A DNA stretch of 63,487 bases, the filler included, from Choristocarpus tenellus KU-1152 (lineage: Eukaryota; Protista; Phaeophyceae): the NCBI GenBank assembly GCA_964200185.2. It is 8 parts of 8 records of this genome, joined end to end, with 100 filler letters (N's around TTAATTAATTAA, not from the genome) between each part and the next. Parts side by side here need not be neighbours in the genome. Positions count along the whole stretch, not along the records: positions 22,098 to 32,952 come from CAXNAD020002665.1; positions 33,053 to 39,953 come from CAXNAD020007110.1; 6 more parts are not named here. One strand, written 5' to 3'. Shown in pieces: positions 25,658 to 38,033 of this stretch. The notes beneath the pieces were generated by a model. It saw only the letters and a list, made by a program, of their open reading frames with translations. It was not told where the DNA came from and made no database searches. Positions within the stretch are counted from its first letter, which is position 1. The number at the start of each line of letters is the position of its first letter. A program made the translations under genes and the position numbers.

Positions 25658-27114
25658 CTTCCCAAAAGGCAAGAGCAAGACGCATTCAGAAGAAGAACAA
25701 TTGTAAATCACAAGACCAGGGCAATCAATTAAAAACAAATAAAATAAAATTATTCTTAATGGAAATTTATCAAATTTATCTATACTATAGAATTTCAAAA
25801 AAAAAAGGAACTATACTACCATACGCCATTTATTTTTAAGAACAAACAACATACACAGTGAGGTTGGTGTTTAGTCGAATCAATTTCGCTCTCAAAATTT
25901 CCTTTCACAGAACATCTTTTGAAAAAACACAAGGTTATTATTATTATTATTAGGTTGGTTTTAGAAACACGTGGGGGTGAAGTTGCGAATTATTATTATT
26001 ATTATCAGTACTATTATTAAAAACATCAAAAACAAGCATTAGTATTACCAATAATAGTTATCAATACTATTAACGTTAATAATATCAGTCACTGATGAAG
26101 ACAATGAAGTGTGGCACTGTCTATGAAGGTGTTACACTTTGAAAAAACTGTTCTACGATCAATGTAGCATATTATTATTACTACTATTACTATTAATACT
26201 ATTACTATCACCTAGAAAAGGTACAGTACCTTGAAGTTGAATACAAAGTGCTAGAATACTATAATCCTTCCTATTATCTGAAAAATGATTACACCTCTAT
26301 TCCTACTAACAAAACAGTGGACATCTGTTAAAATCTGTCAAAATCATGTACACAGGATAGCTTGGGAGAGAGAGTGACCATGAGGGTGTCTGACAAAAGA
26401 AAAAGCAAGTCTTGCACCTTGTCTACAGCTTCAGGGATGCATGCCACCATTGGACCAAAGAATGCATTCTACTCTACCCTACTCTACTCTATTCAATTCT
26501 ATTCAATCCTGTCACCTGCATTCCTCTTTTATTAATTTAATTTAATACAGTTTCTATGAAAGAGAATGGGCTGAACACCTACTCCACTGGCTCTATCCAC
26601 CCTCCTTGACGGGGGGGTACTACTGAAGGTAATAATAATAATAATAATAATAAAATGGTGCATTCAACACATACAAATACTAATAAAATAATAGAAATAC
26701 ATAATTCCCCCATAAAAAAACAATAAGCAATCCCCTAACCAGGTTCTTAACCAACATCCAACAGCCATTAAAAAAACTACTATATATATATACCTTGATA
26801 ACATAAAACTCTCGAAATAAAAAAATTACCTATAATCTATCCTTAATCTACACAAAATAGAACATATTTTCAAACAAAAAAGGACAAACGTAAACAACTT
26901 CAACAGTTTCAACACCTTCCCACAAAAAACAAAAAATAAAAAATAAAAAAGTTGGAAAGAAAGTTATTAAAAATGAGTTCTAATTTCTTTTTAGTTATCA
27001 TTACATACTTCTTTTCACTATACATATCATTACATACAGTAACCGCTGAAGTCTGACTCACAACATACAGTAACCCACTACCCTACGAAAAGAATCCCCC
27101 ACACCCATCCTCAC

Positions 27115-27255
27115 CATATCTTCAGGTCCAATGTCATCCTCATTGCCTCCATATGTCATATAGAGATAATTCGTCTCGGCAGGAAATTCTGCTGCAAGAG
27201 TATCCACCTGTTTAACACAAGGCTTGATACCCATCGCCTGACGCTTCCGACGAAC
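27115..27255 (-). CDS. CPS: Carbamoyl-phosphate synthetase large chain exon
   Basis: 141 nt; [35 protein letters not shown]. Confidence 0.95.
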
Positions 27256-27610
27256 CTACAACATCAAATAACATCACATCAAACATCACATCAAACATCA
27301 CATCATATTGACATCAAATAACATCAACTAAGATAAAATAAAATCACGTCGGATCAGATCACCAAAGACTACCTTCAATATTGTCACCCATTAAAACTAT
27401 TTTGATTTTCAATGAAGAAAAGTTTAAATAAAGCTGTTAATAATTTTTAATATTTTGGGGGAAATTTAGTTCATTTCCAAGTACGAACTTGATATCAATA
27501 ATAATAAAAATAATATTGTATAGTAAGCAATACAAGCTCTTCTGGAGTTGAGTACATTCCTTATTTTCCAACTGCAAAATATCACTGGACACCAATAAAG
27601 TAGTAACACT

Positions 27611-27948
27611 ATTAATATACTACATAAAACATAAGATAATAATAAACATTAATTAATACTACTAATATACTACATAAAACATAAGATAATAATAAACATT
27701 AATTAATACTACTAATATACTACATAAAACATAAAATAATAATAAATATTAATTAATACTACTAATATACTACATAAAACGTAAGATAATAATAAACATT
27801 AATTAATACTACTAATATACTACATCAAACATCAAATTATAATAAACATTAATTAATACTACTAATATACTACATAAAACATAAAATAAAAATAAACAAT
27901 AATTAATACTATTAATATACTACATACCACACAAAATAATAATAAACA
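27611..27948. repeat. 50-bp minisatellite, ~7 copies
   Basis: Period-50 alignment of ACTAATATACTACATAAAACATAAGATAATAATAAACATTAATTAATACT. Confidence 0.9.
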
Positions 27949-28027
27949 AAATATTTGAATACATAGGCCCATTGTTTGTACCAACTAATACTAATCTTCT
28001 GTACAGCCTGCCAAACGCCTGATAAGT

Positions 28028-28295
28028 GAGTGAAAGTGTCTTAGGGTTAGGGTAGGGACGCGTCCATTTGGTGATTTTGGTCATAATACAATGTTGTGAT
28101 TTTGAGGTAATTTTGACTATCTTGTTTGTTAGGAAGTGTCAATATTCTTGTTTCGGACCCACCTTTTCATAAAGTATACATTTTACCTACTCCTAAACAT
28201 TTTGAAGTTGGAAACTGTCATAAAAAGCCTGTGGGAACTCAAGCCCCAAATGGACAAGCAAGGCAAAACTCGTACCCTCTAACATACTTTCATTC
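28028..28295 (+). mobile_element. MITE family A copy 3 (left TIR converted to TTAGGG repeats)
   Basis: GAGTGAAAGTGTCTTAGGGTTAGGGTAGGG followed by the family body. Confidence 0.88.
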
Positions 28296-28947
28296 AAAAT
28301 CATCAAAATAAATTAAAATAAAAGTACTACAACCTCTCTACTATTATCTTTAGAAGAAAGAGAGGCGTGACTGCTACTCCAAACCTAACCCTTTCCTTAC
28401 AGACTTTGTTACTGTCATCACAATTTTTTTTAATTGTGTACATCCTTAATACAAAAATATACAAAAAATATACAAGTATACGTATGTTCTCAATACATTT
28501 TTCATTTGATGTGTGTTTATCATCGCCTTAGTCAAATGCAGAAGATAAGTCAACTTTTAAAAAAAGTCATAAAAAACCAAGAAACAACCTTGACCCTAAA
28601 TAACCCTAAATAACCCAAACTAGAAAGTGAGACACAAGTACATCATCCTTATTAGGGGTACATGTGTCACTGTGTGCACTTTTTTTTCTTAGAAGAAATC
28701 GACATTTTTTTTTTGTAACAGATGTGAAATAAACAAAAAATAGAGCCAGTGGTATGGCCACAAAAGCTGTCACTTGAAGTAATAATAAGAAAAAACACCG
28801 CTTCTTTGCAATAATTTTTGTATATTTATATTATTCTCTAGGGGAGGGAGTAGAAAAATGTAATAATTTAAACCAATGTGTATACTTTGCATATATGATA
28901 ATAATTTAATTTAAAATGAGGAAACCACTGCTACTACAGTGCTCTAC

Positions 28948-29016
28948 ACGAGTTTTGCCCTGTTTATCCATTTGGGGGTTGGCTTCCCATGGAGTTTTTC
29001 ATTACATTTTCCTACT
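28948..29016 (-). mobile_element. MITE family A fragment truncated at the internal hairpin
   Basis: ACGAGTTTTGCCCTGTTT...CATTTTCCTACT, followed by a tandem array. Confidence 0.8.
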
Positions 29017-29245
29017 AATCCCACTACTCCAAAGTCTTAATATATACAATCCTACTAATCGCACTACTCCAAAGTCTTAATATATACAATCCTACTAATC
29101 CCACTACTCCAAAGTCTTAATATATCCAATCCCACTAATCCCACTAACCCTAACCCTAACCCTAACCCTTAATATATCCAATCCCACTAACCCTAACCCT
29201 AACCCTAACCCTAACCCTTAATATATCCAATCCCCCTAACCCCAC
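29011..29245. repeat. 40-bp minisatellite whose distal units carry (CCCTAA)n
   Basis: Direct reading. Confidence 0.9.
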
Positions 29246-29899
29246 TACTCGTACTCCACATGTACCTAATACCTAGATATTGTACATAATAAAATAATAA
29301 TAAAACACAGGACGATTCACCTCTCTCTCCCCCCCTCCCCCCCCCCTGCTCTTCCAAACAGACATTCTAAAAGAAAAGAATATATTCTAATGAACTCAGA
29401 CATGGACTCACTTCAGTCCATATATATATATATACTTTTCATGCATGTGAATGCACAAATCAAGTCCATTGTGCAATGCACAGGAGTTATTCAGTTCATC
29501 ACACAGTAGACATGCTCTCTTCAATTCATGAAAAATATAATTGTATTAACAAACTGTATACCTAGAAACAAAGCTAACGTCCAAATAGACTACACAAACA
29601 AATCACACCCAAAAACAATAAGAACAATAAGAACAATCTATAATAATAATAATAGATAACAATCTATAACAATAATAACAATCTATAATAAGAACAATAA
29701 GAACAATCTATAATAATAATAATAGATAACAATCTATAACAATAATAACAATCTATAACAATGATAACAATAACAATGATAACAATAATAACAATTGATA
29801 ACAATCGTTTTCTTTAACTATGCGCCCAAACCTTTTTTTATTTTTAACAATTTTATTAACACTTATTGTTCTGGAATTCAAATCTTTAGCAAGACATAC

Positions 29900-30016
29900 C
29901 TGTGGTTCTGTAGTTCTGGTATACTTGGCTATCTGCCTGTCACTGAAACCCATGCCCTTGAGTGTCTTTATCCCCTCACGTCCAATGCTTTCAAGACCTG
30001 TTGAAGCCTCAGCTGC
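29900..30016 (-). CDS. CPS: Carbamoyl-phosphate synthetase large chain exon
   Basis: 117 nt; ...LKGMGFSDRQIAKY (oligomerisation domain). Confidence 0.93.
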
Positions 30017-30024
30017 CTATACAC

Positions 30025-30275
30025 ACATAAAACGTACATAAAATAAAAAACATAATATACATACATATAAACATAATATACACACATGAGATAAAAACAT
30101 AATAAACATGCATAAAATAAAAACATAATATATACATAAATGAGATAAAAACATAATAAACATACATAAAATAAAAAACATAATATATACATAAATGAGA
30201 TAAAAACATAATAAACATACATAAAATAAAAACATAATAAACATACATAAAATAAAAACATAATATACATACATA
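30025..30275. repeat. AT-rich minisatellite (AAACATAATAAACATACATAAAATAA-like)
   Basis: Direct reading. Confidence 0.8.
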
Positions 30276-30562
30276 TATAGAGAGATAATATAGATAATAT
30301 AGATTGACGGATATGTGGGTTGATTGACCATCACCAATTAGGTTGAGGGTGTTACAGTGATCCTAAACACAAATTAAAAAGAAACTATCAGCAAATGCTG
30401 CCAAGGACATAACTTTGAATCTTTTGACATGGAAACATCCACAACACAAAGAGAGACACACAACACACACAACACATCTTAGATGGAGACAAACAATAGG
30501 AATGTCACTGTACTATTTCTAGTTACTATTTCTAGTACTACAGTACAGTTAGTACTACAGTA

Positions 30563-30830
30563 GAGTGAAAGTATCTTATTAAGAGAGGGTACGAGTTTTT
30601 CCCTGTTTGTCCATTTGGGGCTTGGCTTCCCTCAGGTTTTTTATAAAATTTTCCTACTCCAAAATATTTCGGAGTAGGTAAAATGTTGTATACATTATGA
30701 AAAGGTGTGTTCGGAACAAGGATATTGACACCTCCTAACAAACACGATATAGCCAAAATTACATCAAATCGCAACATTGCATTTTGGTCCCCAAATGGAC
30801 GCGGCTCTACCCTCTAAGATACTTTGACTC
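30563..30830 (-). mobile_element. MITE family A copy 4
   Basis: Both TIRs present; 4-bp TSD AGTA/AGTA. Confidence 0.92.
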
Positions 30831-31747
30831 AGTACAGAGCATGGGCAACACAGTAGTTTCAAACTTAGAAGTGATAAAAATAACAAAATCAGGGTTAGGG
30901 TTAGGGTTAGGGTTAAAACCAACACCACTTCTCGCACCATACTAAAACCTATATAATCTACACAACCACAGTTAGTTTCAATAAAAACTAAAAACATGAA
31001 AGTAGATGGCGATACAAAATGGGAAAATATTCCGTTCTGACCTGAATTATCACCACACTACCACTGTAAGGAACATGTACTATACATACATACATACATA
31101 ATACATAATACATACATACATAATACATAATACATAATACATAATCCATAATACATACATACATACATACATATAGCGTAGAACACGGTACTATATTTCC
31201 ATTCCCATGTAAGTTATACATCAAAAACAAACAAATCATGTCTAATGATTAATGATTAACAATACTTCAATGTTGATCTCACAATCAATACAAATTCTAG
31301 TCTTATCAATTTCGGTAGATAAAATCACAAGACAAAAAATAAAATATGATACAACTCTTTAATCTTAGCTGACAGGTCTTTCAAACATGATATACCTCCT
31401 TAATCCCATATAACCCTAATCCTAACCCTAACCCTAACAGCAGAAAAGAAAGCATTATATTTAAAATAAAATAAAATAAAAACATTACAAACAAAAAAGA
31501 AAGCGTTAACTTTTTTCTGAATAATAATTACCTGATCATGTATTGATCACAAAAAAAGGGTCCGGTTCAGTACCATCTCATGACATGTGATGTGATGTGA
31601 TCTGATAATACTATCATTAAGTAGTACAAGTGTTGTGTGCGCTATGTGTTTGTTACATGTGTGTGTGTTATGTGTGTGTTATGTGTGTGTTATGTGTGTG
31701 TTATGTGTGTGTTATGTGCGATAGAGACAAGAACAAGATGGAATCAC

Positions 31748-31849
31748 CTTCCGGATCAAGGCAATGTTCCTGAGCTTGCTGAGGAACCACCGATCAATTC
31801 GAGACAGGTTGTGGATATAATCAACAGTCAGTCCTTCCTCCAAGGCAGC
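31748..31849 (-). CDS. CPS: Carbamoyl-phosphate synthetase large chain exon
   Basis: 102 nt; AALEEGLTVDYIHNLSRIDRWFLSKL. Confidence 0.93.
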
Positions 31850-32818
31850 CTGTTGTATTGGTTATTGGAGTAGGGTTAAGGTATTAGGGTATTGAGTATT
31901 GGTGTTGGGTTGACAATCCGATTGGCCATTGGCTTTTCACAAGAGGAAGTACGTTTGAGGTAGATACGCTCTTCACAAGTTAAACGAATTTATTTATCAA
32001 ATTTATTTATCAAATTTATTTAACTCAATGTGCGGGTGGAGTCCAGATTGAGTGACATCAAGTGATATCAAGTGACATCAAGTGACATCAAGTGACATCA
32101 AGTCCCATGCTCTGCAAGTAGAGGAGTACACAGACAAATATTAACCAATCAATTAATAGTTAATATCCAATCGATTTTACGTTTTGGATTATAAAAAGTG
32201 GTGGTATTTATCAAATCTGAGATTCACAACACCAAGGTTACGGAGGCTAGGGTTAGGGTTAGGGTTAGGGTTAGAGAGGAAGGCAATCGGGATTGGGGTG
32301 ATCAAACAGCCCCTAACCCTAACAGGATCAACTTAGTAAGGTTTAGGGTTAGGGACTATCTTCAAGGCAATGGTACGGTCCAGGTGTGACATCACATATT
32401 TAAAAAAAGATCACATGATATTGATGATAGACAGGTCAAGGATAGAGACTAACAAAGACTAACACAGTAGTAGTCAGCAGTCAGTAGTAAGTAGTAAGTA
32501 GTAAGTGGTCAATAGTAAGTAGTAAGTAGTAAGTAGTCAGTAGTCAGTAGTCAGTAGTCAGTAGTCAGTAGTACAGAGTAACATAAACAAAAAACACCTA
32601 AATGGAGACTTCAACACAGTATTCTAATAATTCTAACAATTTAAATAATACTACACTTCCACAACACACATATCAACCAACCAACATCATGCATTTTGAC
32701 CAATCAACAGCAGCACACACACACACACCAATTCTACCCTACAGTTTGCTACACCGACCTCACATGCAATCAACCAATCAACAATCAACCAATCAACAAT
32801 CAATCAATTCCCACAGAC

Positions 32819-32930
32819 CTGAACAGCGTATATCCTCATGTCAGTTGGTATCTTCAGCTGATCCTCCCTGCTGATGTTAGCATTCTTGTCCCACTTACCC
32901 TCCACACCATCCGCCTCCGGATTGACCATT
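32819..32930 (-). CDS. CPS: Carbamoyl-phosphate synthetase large chain exon
   Basis: 112 nt, phase 2/0; MVNPEADG...LKIPTDMRIYAVQ. Confidence 0.88.
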
Positions 32931-33213
32931 CTGTGTGATTCCCCACCCCCCCNNNNNNNNNNNNNNNNNNNNNNNNNNNNNNNNNNNNNNNNNNNNTTAA
33001 TTAATTAANNNNNNNNNNNNNNNNNNNNNNNNNNNNNNNNNNNNNNNNNNNNCCCCCCCTCCCAGAATCTTTGGGTCACATCTTCCTTAGGATCAATATT
33101 ATTAATAGTGTGCAAGGGTATGAGGGAGAAGACTCGAGTGGTGATTGAAACCATTTTGAGGTGAGGCATGGCTAGGTTTGGTGGCTTGAGGGACACATCA
33201 CAAAAGATGAGAT

Positions 33214-33471
33214 GCGCCAAAGTATTTTAGAGGGTAGAGCCGTGTCCATTTTGGGCCAAAATCCAATGTTGCGATTTTGATGTAATTTTGGCTATCGTGT
33301 TTGTTAGGAACTGTTAATATCCTTCTTGCGGACACACCATTTCATAACGTATACATCTTCCCTGCTCCGAAATATTTTGGAGAAGGAAAATGTCATAAAA
33401 ACATCCGAGGGAAGCCAAGGTCCAAATGGACAAACAGGGCAAAACTCGTACCCTCTAAGATACTTTCACTC
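33214..33471 (+). mobile_element. MITE family A copy 5
   Basis: TIRs present; TSD AGAT/AGAT. Confidence 0.92.
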
Positions 33472-33739
33472 AGATGTTTGCTCTGCATATCTCATGCTTT
33501 TTTAAATCCTAATTATTGCTATTTGACTGAGACAGACAACGCTTTCGGCGAGAGCATGATTGAAAATAAATAATTAGATTGGGTAATTCAATGATTCTTG
33601 GAGGATTGTGAACAATACTACTTGCTGCAGTGTTGCATGAAGTGACCATACGAAAGCAGAGAAAAAATAATCAACAAGAACTCACTATACCACCATTATT
33701 GCTATTCAGCAAACAAAACAATGAATCCTTACAAGAACT

Positions 33740-35730
33740 CACCTGGGCATATTGAGTGCCACAGCGTCATCTTCTTCCATGGGTGGCAAGCTTCCTTGTA
33801 AGTCATGAGATGCAACCCTTGCCCATGTTGAGACACGTCTGGGAAGCGAATATCCAGGAGAGCCTGGATTGAGAATAATATCATATTGATATCAGAGCAG
33901 CACATTTAGAATAGGAGTTCCCCTCAGAACCAGCCTGACATTCATTTGATGAACGAAGCTACGCTATTGCGTACTCACTTGCCACCGGTACGTGTTGACT
34001 ACTCTATCGTCACTGGCAAGCTACTGCTATCAGATACCCATTCACCTTATCTCAACATTTTTCAAACTGTATCTCTCTCCACAATTCAAGAGGACGTTGC
34101 ACATAGCTCAATCTGTCTTCAGAGAATTATATATGTGATCAAGGTATACCTCATCCAATGGTAGGCAACATGAATGTCATGTTTCCTGGGCCTGCACCCG
34201 CCCTTCACACCATTCAGCTCACCTGCTCCCCCTCCCCATCCTGCATTACGATGTAGAAGGAACCATGGTGGTACACCATGATGAAGACAAGCCCCCGGGC
34301 ATATGTCTTGCTAGCAACCATAACTACCCTAGGTTGGTTGGATAAGAAGAAACGCACCGACAAACTGTTCTTAGCTGTTTGAAGTTGAGGGAATAGGAGA
34401 ATCTTTCAGATACTTCGTCATCACATTTCAAGAGGGATTCACTTTCATCATCTCTTGACATCAGCAATATTCTGTATTTTTCCTTGCTCTTAGTCGACCG
34501 CCTTCTCTGGTCAAGGTAATCATAGCCCCTGTGCTAAGCCAACAGAGTGAAGATGAATGGATGGCAATGGCAAACCTCTGCAAGCAATAGCTATATATCT
34601 ATTGAGTTTGATTTATTAAGAGATGAGTTACAATGGTTCCCCTACCCTCCACTGTACCATGACTTGTGTGGATCTTGGCTCACCCCTGCATGCATGGGGG
34701 TAGGTCTGCCTGTAGCTCAAAATACGTGGAGTTCGGTACATCGTCATCTATCCAAGGAAAGACAGCGTTCCACTTTGCCATCTCATCTCTTGTTTTGTTT
34801 GACCCAAGCTCAACGGCCACAAATTCCTGTGCTTCCGTCAGTACGTCCATAGTATGACGATATTCTGAGTCATACGGAATCCTGTGCGGGTAATCGGTAT
34901 CAGGGGGTAAGATGGGAATAATGAGTTGGTATTTGAAGTCGAAGACAAATGTTCCCTTCTTAAAAGAAGTAATACTCTTAGGCGTCATCACGGTAATGAA
35001 CTTGTCCACGCAATGAGGTCGCGTCAAAATGCAATATCAAAAGGAGATCACAGCAAAAGGGTCCCGATGAAGTAATGTATTATCTACATCAAGAATCCTA
35101 GGCAGATAGACTTAGTTTTACCAGGTTCCAACACATTTCGAAACGAACTTGTTGGCACAACAGAAGAACTTCAATCGATCCTGTTGGCGCTGGAGCATGG
35201 GAACCGCGCGGGGAATATCCTTCAGTGTGATCCCTTTGCCATCACCAAGTCCTGCAAAGCTCACTTCTCCAGTGTAGCACCAGTTCCCGCAACGAAACAT
35301 AACCTGACAGAATGTAATCGGTCAAGACTAGATTAGTTGCTTCAGTACCATATTCGACGCGCAATATTGTCGTATATGCTATAGAACGCATAGATCGAAA
35401 GAGGATATTGGTGGAGTGCTCACGTTAAACGTTGATTCTGGAGAGTCCCATTCCTCCATTGGTTTGGTCCAGCATAGATTAAAATCGGTAATACAACGCC
35501 ACTAGTACTTTGTACGCGAAAAAACCCACCTGGTGGTTGCTACCAAAATCTCTATCCGGATCCTGCGATCGAACCACGTATGTTTGGTTGTACCCAATCA
35601 TCAGACCAGGGGAGGCACCATGCTCTGGTTGGTCTTCGTTCTTGGCACCACTGTCACCATCACTGAGGTTCGCGGACGACAGACCATCGCTGAGCGTCCC
35701 ATCAGATATATCACCGTCACTCATGGTCAC
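33740..35730 (-). pseudogene. Degraded long ORF of unknown, probably transposon, origin
   Basis: Consecutive coding-like minus-strand fragments with stops and frameshifts; Cys-rich, possibly SWIM-like region (CQAGSEG...KCAALI). Confidence 0.35.
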
Positions 35731-37171
35731 CAACTCCTTCAGCAGGACATGCAAATTCAATAAATTGAGGGTGGTGCAGTAAAGTGAAAATGCCGTTACG
35801 CCGAACAACAGAAAACCTGCGAGGCATTTGTATGCTGGAAACGCCTTCAACTTACAGATGATGAATGACGGGTTACAAAATGCGACGGACTAGGACCAGT
35901 TAGTTGGCCACTCCTGCAATGAAATAAGTCGCCAACTAAGAAGATGGAGTAGTTGAAAAAAGAGGTGAAATACGAGTGGCCAAATAATGACATTATGGGA
36001 AACAGCAGTAAGTCACGTCCCTCTTGAAGTAATATTGGGAAGGACGTGTGCATCCAGGCCAATGGAAGAATCGTTTTGCTTGTATTCATCCTCTAGTATG
36101 ATGTATGCAAATTCATACCGGATAAGCATTGTCTCTGGGGTACTCCAGAGTACTCCATAGGGAAAGAAGTTGTAGCTTTAGCCAATATCTATTTTGACCA
36201 GTAGTTCATGATGGTAGAAGCATAATACAGACTTACAGTCCTACGATACAATTTACCACTACTACCGCAGAATGCTACTATGAGCCTAATCACCACCTCA
36301 TCTCAGATTGGAGGAGAATTGGAATATGAGAGGAAACGAGAAGTACCTGGAAGATGGCCTTGAGAAAAGTCTTTGGGACAATGACTGAGGGTTGTAGTGC
36401 AAGGGCATGAACCAATAAAGGCGGTACGAATGAATGTGGTTGGCGAGACAACGAGCTTTGTGGAAGAATGGTATGCCAGGGAAACTGTTATAGCTGAGAT
36501 ACGTCATGCTGTAGCAGCAACTAAGGCAACCCAAACAGGGCGCATGACTCATCACACCCTACCAATTATTGCTTTTCTCATTGTATCGTTCCATTTTGTC
36601 TTATTATTATCGTGTTCCTCTTTCCTTTTTGTGGTATGTACTGATTGATGCTCGAGTTCGATGGACTGGGTGTGACACACTGGATTTTTTATGTGATGAC
36701 GATAATGACGTCGTATCCCAAGAATTTGGTGGGCTCCTCTTGACTGCTATTCTTTGCTTAATAGAATTTTTGCTCGCTCCTTTTTCATCACTCGACGCTT
36801 TCTGAATGTCATTTTTTTCCATACAATTGTCTTCTATTTCTCAAGTGATATTATTACTTTTTCTCGGACAACCCTTCAACCATAATTTTCCACTAGACCG
36901 GTAGTTAAGTGGATCGGCTGACCAGATTGGGGCCACAGACTTTCAGTCCGGTCTGGTCGCATCTCTGAAGCCCCTGGACCGACCCTACAGTTAATGGTCA
37001 GCAGCACAGTCCGGTCCTCTTAAATGTTTGGTGATCCTGTATAAAACAGTATGTTAGCCGGACTGACTCGGTCAAGATGTGTCTGGGCTGCCCGGCCAAA
37101 ACACATGTAAGTGATTTCTAACCTTGTCCCAAAAAAAAATTGCGTACACCCCCGTCATTGTAAAATGATTA

Positions 37172-37431
37172 GAGTCAAAGTATCTTAGAGGGTAGAGCTG
37201 CGTCCGCTTGGGGGTCAAAATCCAACGTTGCAATTTTTTTAATTTTGGCTATAATGTTTGCTAGGAGATGTCAATATCCTTGTTCCGGACACACCTTTTC
37301 ATAACGTATATATTTTACCTACTCCGAAACACTTTGGAGTAGGCAAAATGTCATAAAAAACCAGTGGGAGGGCAAGCCCCAAATGGACAAATAGGGAAAA
37401 AATTGTACCCTCTACTAAGAAACTTTCACTC
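37172..37431 (+). mobile_element. MITE family A copy 6
   Basis: TIRs and body match the consensus. Confidence 0.92.
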
Positions 37432-37772
37432 TTGACTGAGAGGTGTGAAGGTCGCCTCATTGCCATCTACTAGTATGTTTTAACAAGGTTACAGGTCAGC
37501 CCGCGGCCTGATTCACCTACAATTATTTTTGGGTCCTGGACCGACCAAGTTGAACCATTTTTCACCAGGGCCAACCCACGGTTCAGTATGGTTAGATTTT
37601 TATTGGTGCTGGAGCAATTCCTATACAACATGTCGCACCAGGACCAGCTCGCAGCCCATTGCTATCAAGTTTTCTCGGTCCAGCAAGATGCCCTGCTTTC
37701 CACCATCGGGTTGACCCCTCAGACAGATATAAAATCTACTACACTATCTACCGCGAGACGCAAAACGGCAGA

Positions 37773-38033
37773 GAGTCAAAATATCATAGAGGGTAGAGCC
37801 GCGTCCATTTTGGGACCAAAATAAAATGTTGCGATTTTGATGTAATATAGGCTATTGTGTTTGTTAGGAAGTGTCAATATATCTGTTCCGGACACATGTT
37901 TTCTTAACGTACACATTTTACCTACTCTGAAACATTTCGGAGTAGGTAAAATGTCATAAAATACCTGTGGGAAGTCAAGCCCCAAATATGGACAAACAGG
38001 GCAAAACTCGTACCCTCTAAGATACTTTCACGC
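37773..38033 (+). mobile_element. MITE family A copy 7
   Basis: TIRs and body match the consensus. Confidence 0.92.

Noticed and set aside
27611-29245. CRISPR-like periodicity in the 40- and 50-bp arrays
   Set aside because: Head-to-tail units with no unique spacers, eukaryotic intron context, no cas genes.
29140-29245. Chromosome end
   Set aside because: The telomeric tracts are short and lie inside an intron of a continuous CPS gene.
34620-34720. Primase large-subunit-like LPPCM...H...GR motif
   Set aside because: Short match with different spacing, an in-frame stop and no supporting flanking motifs.
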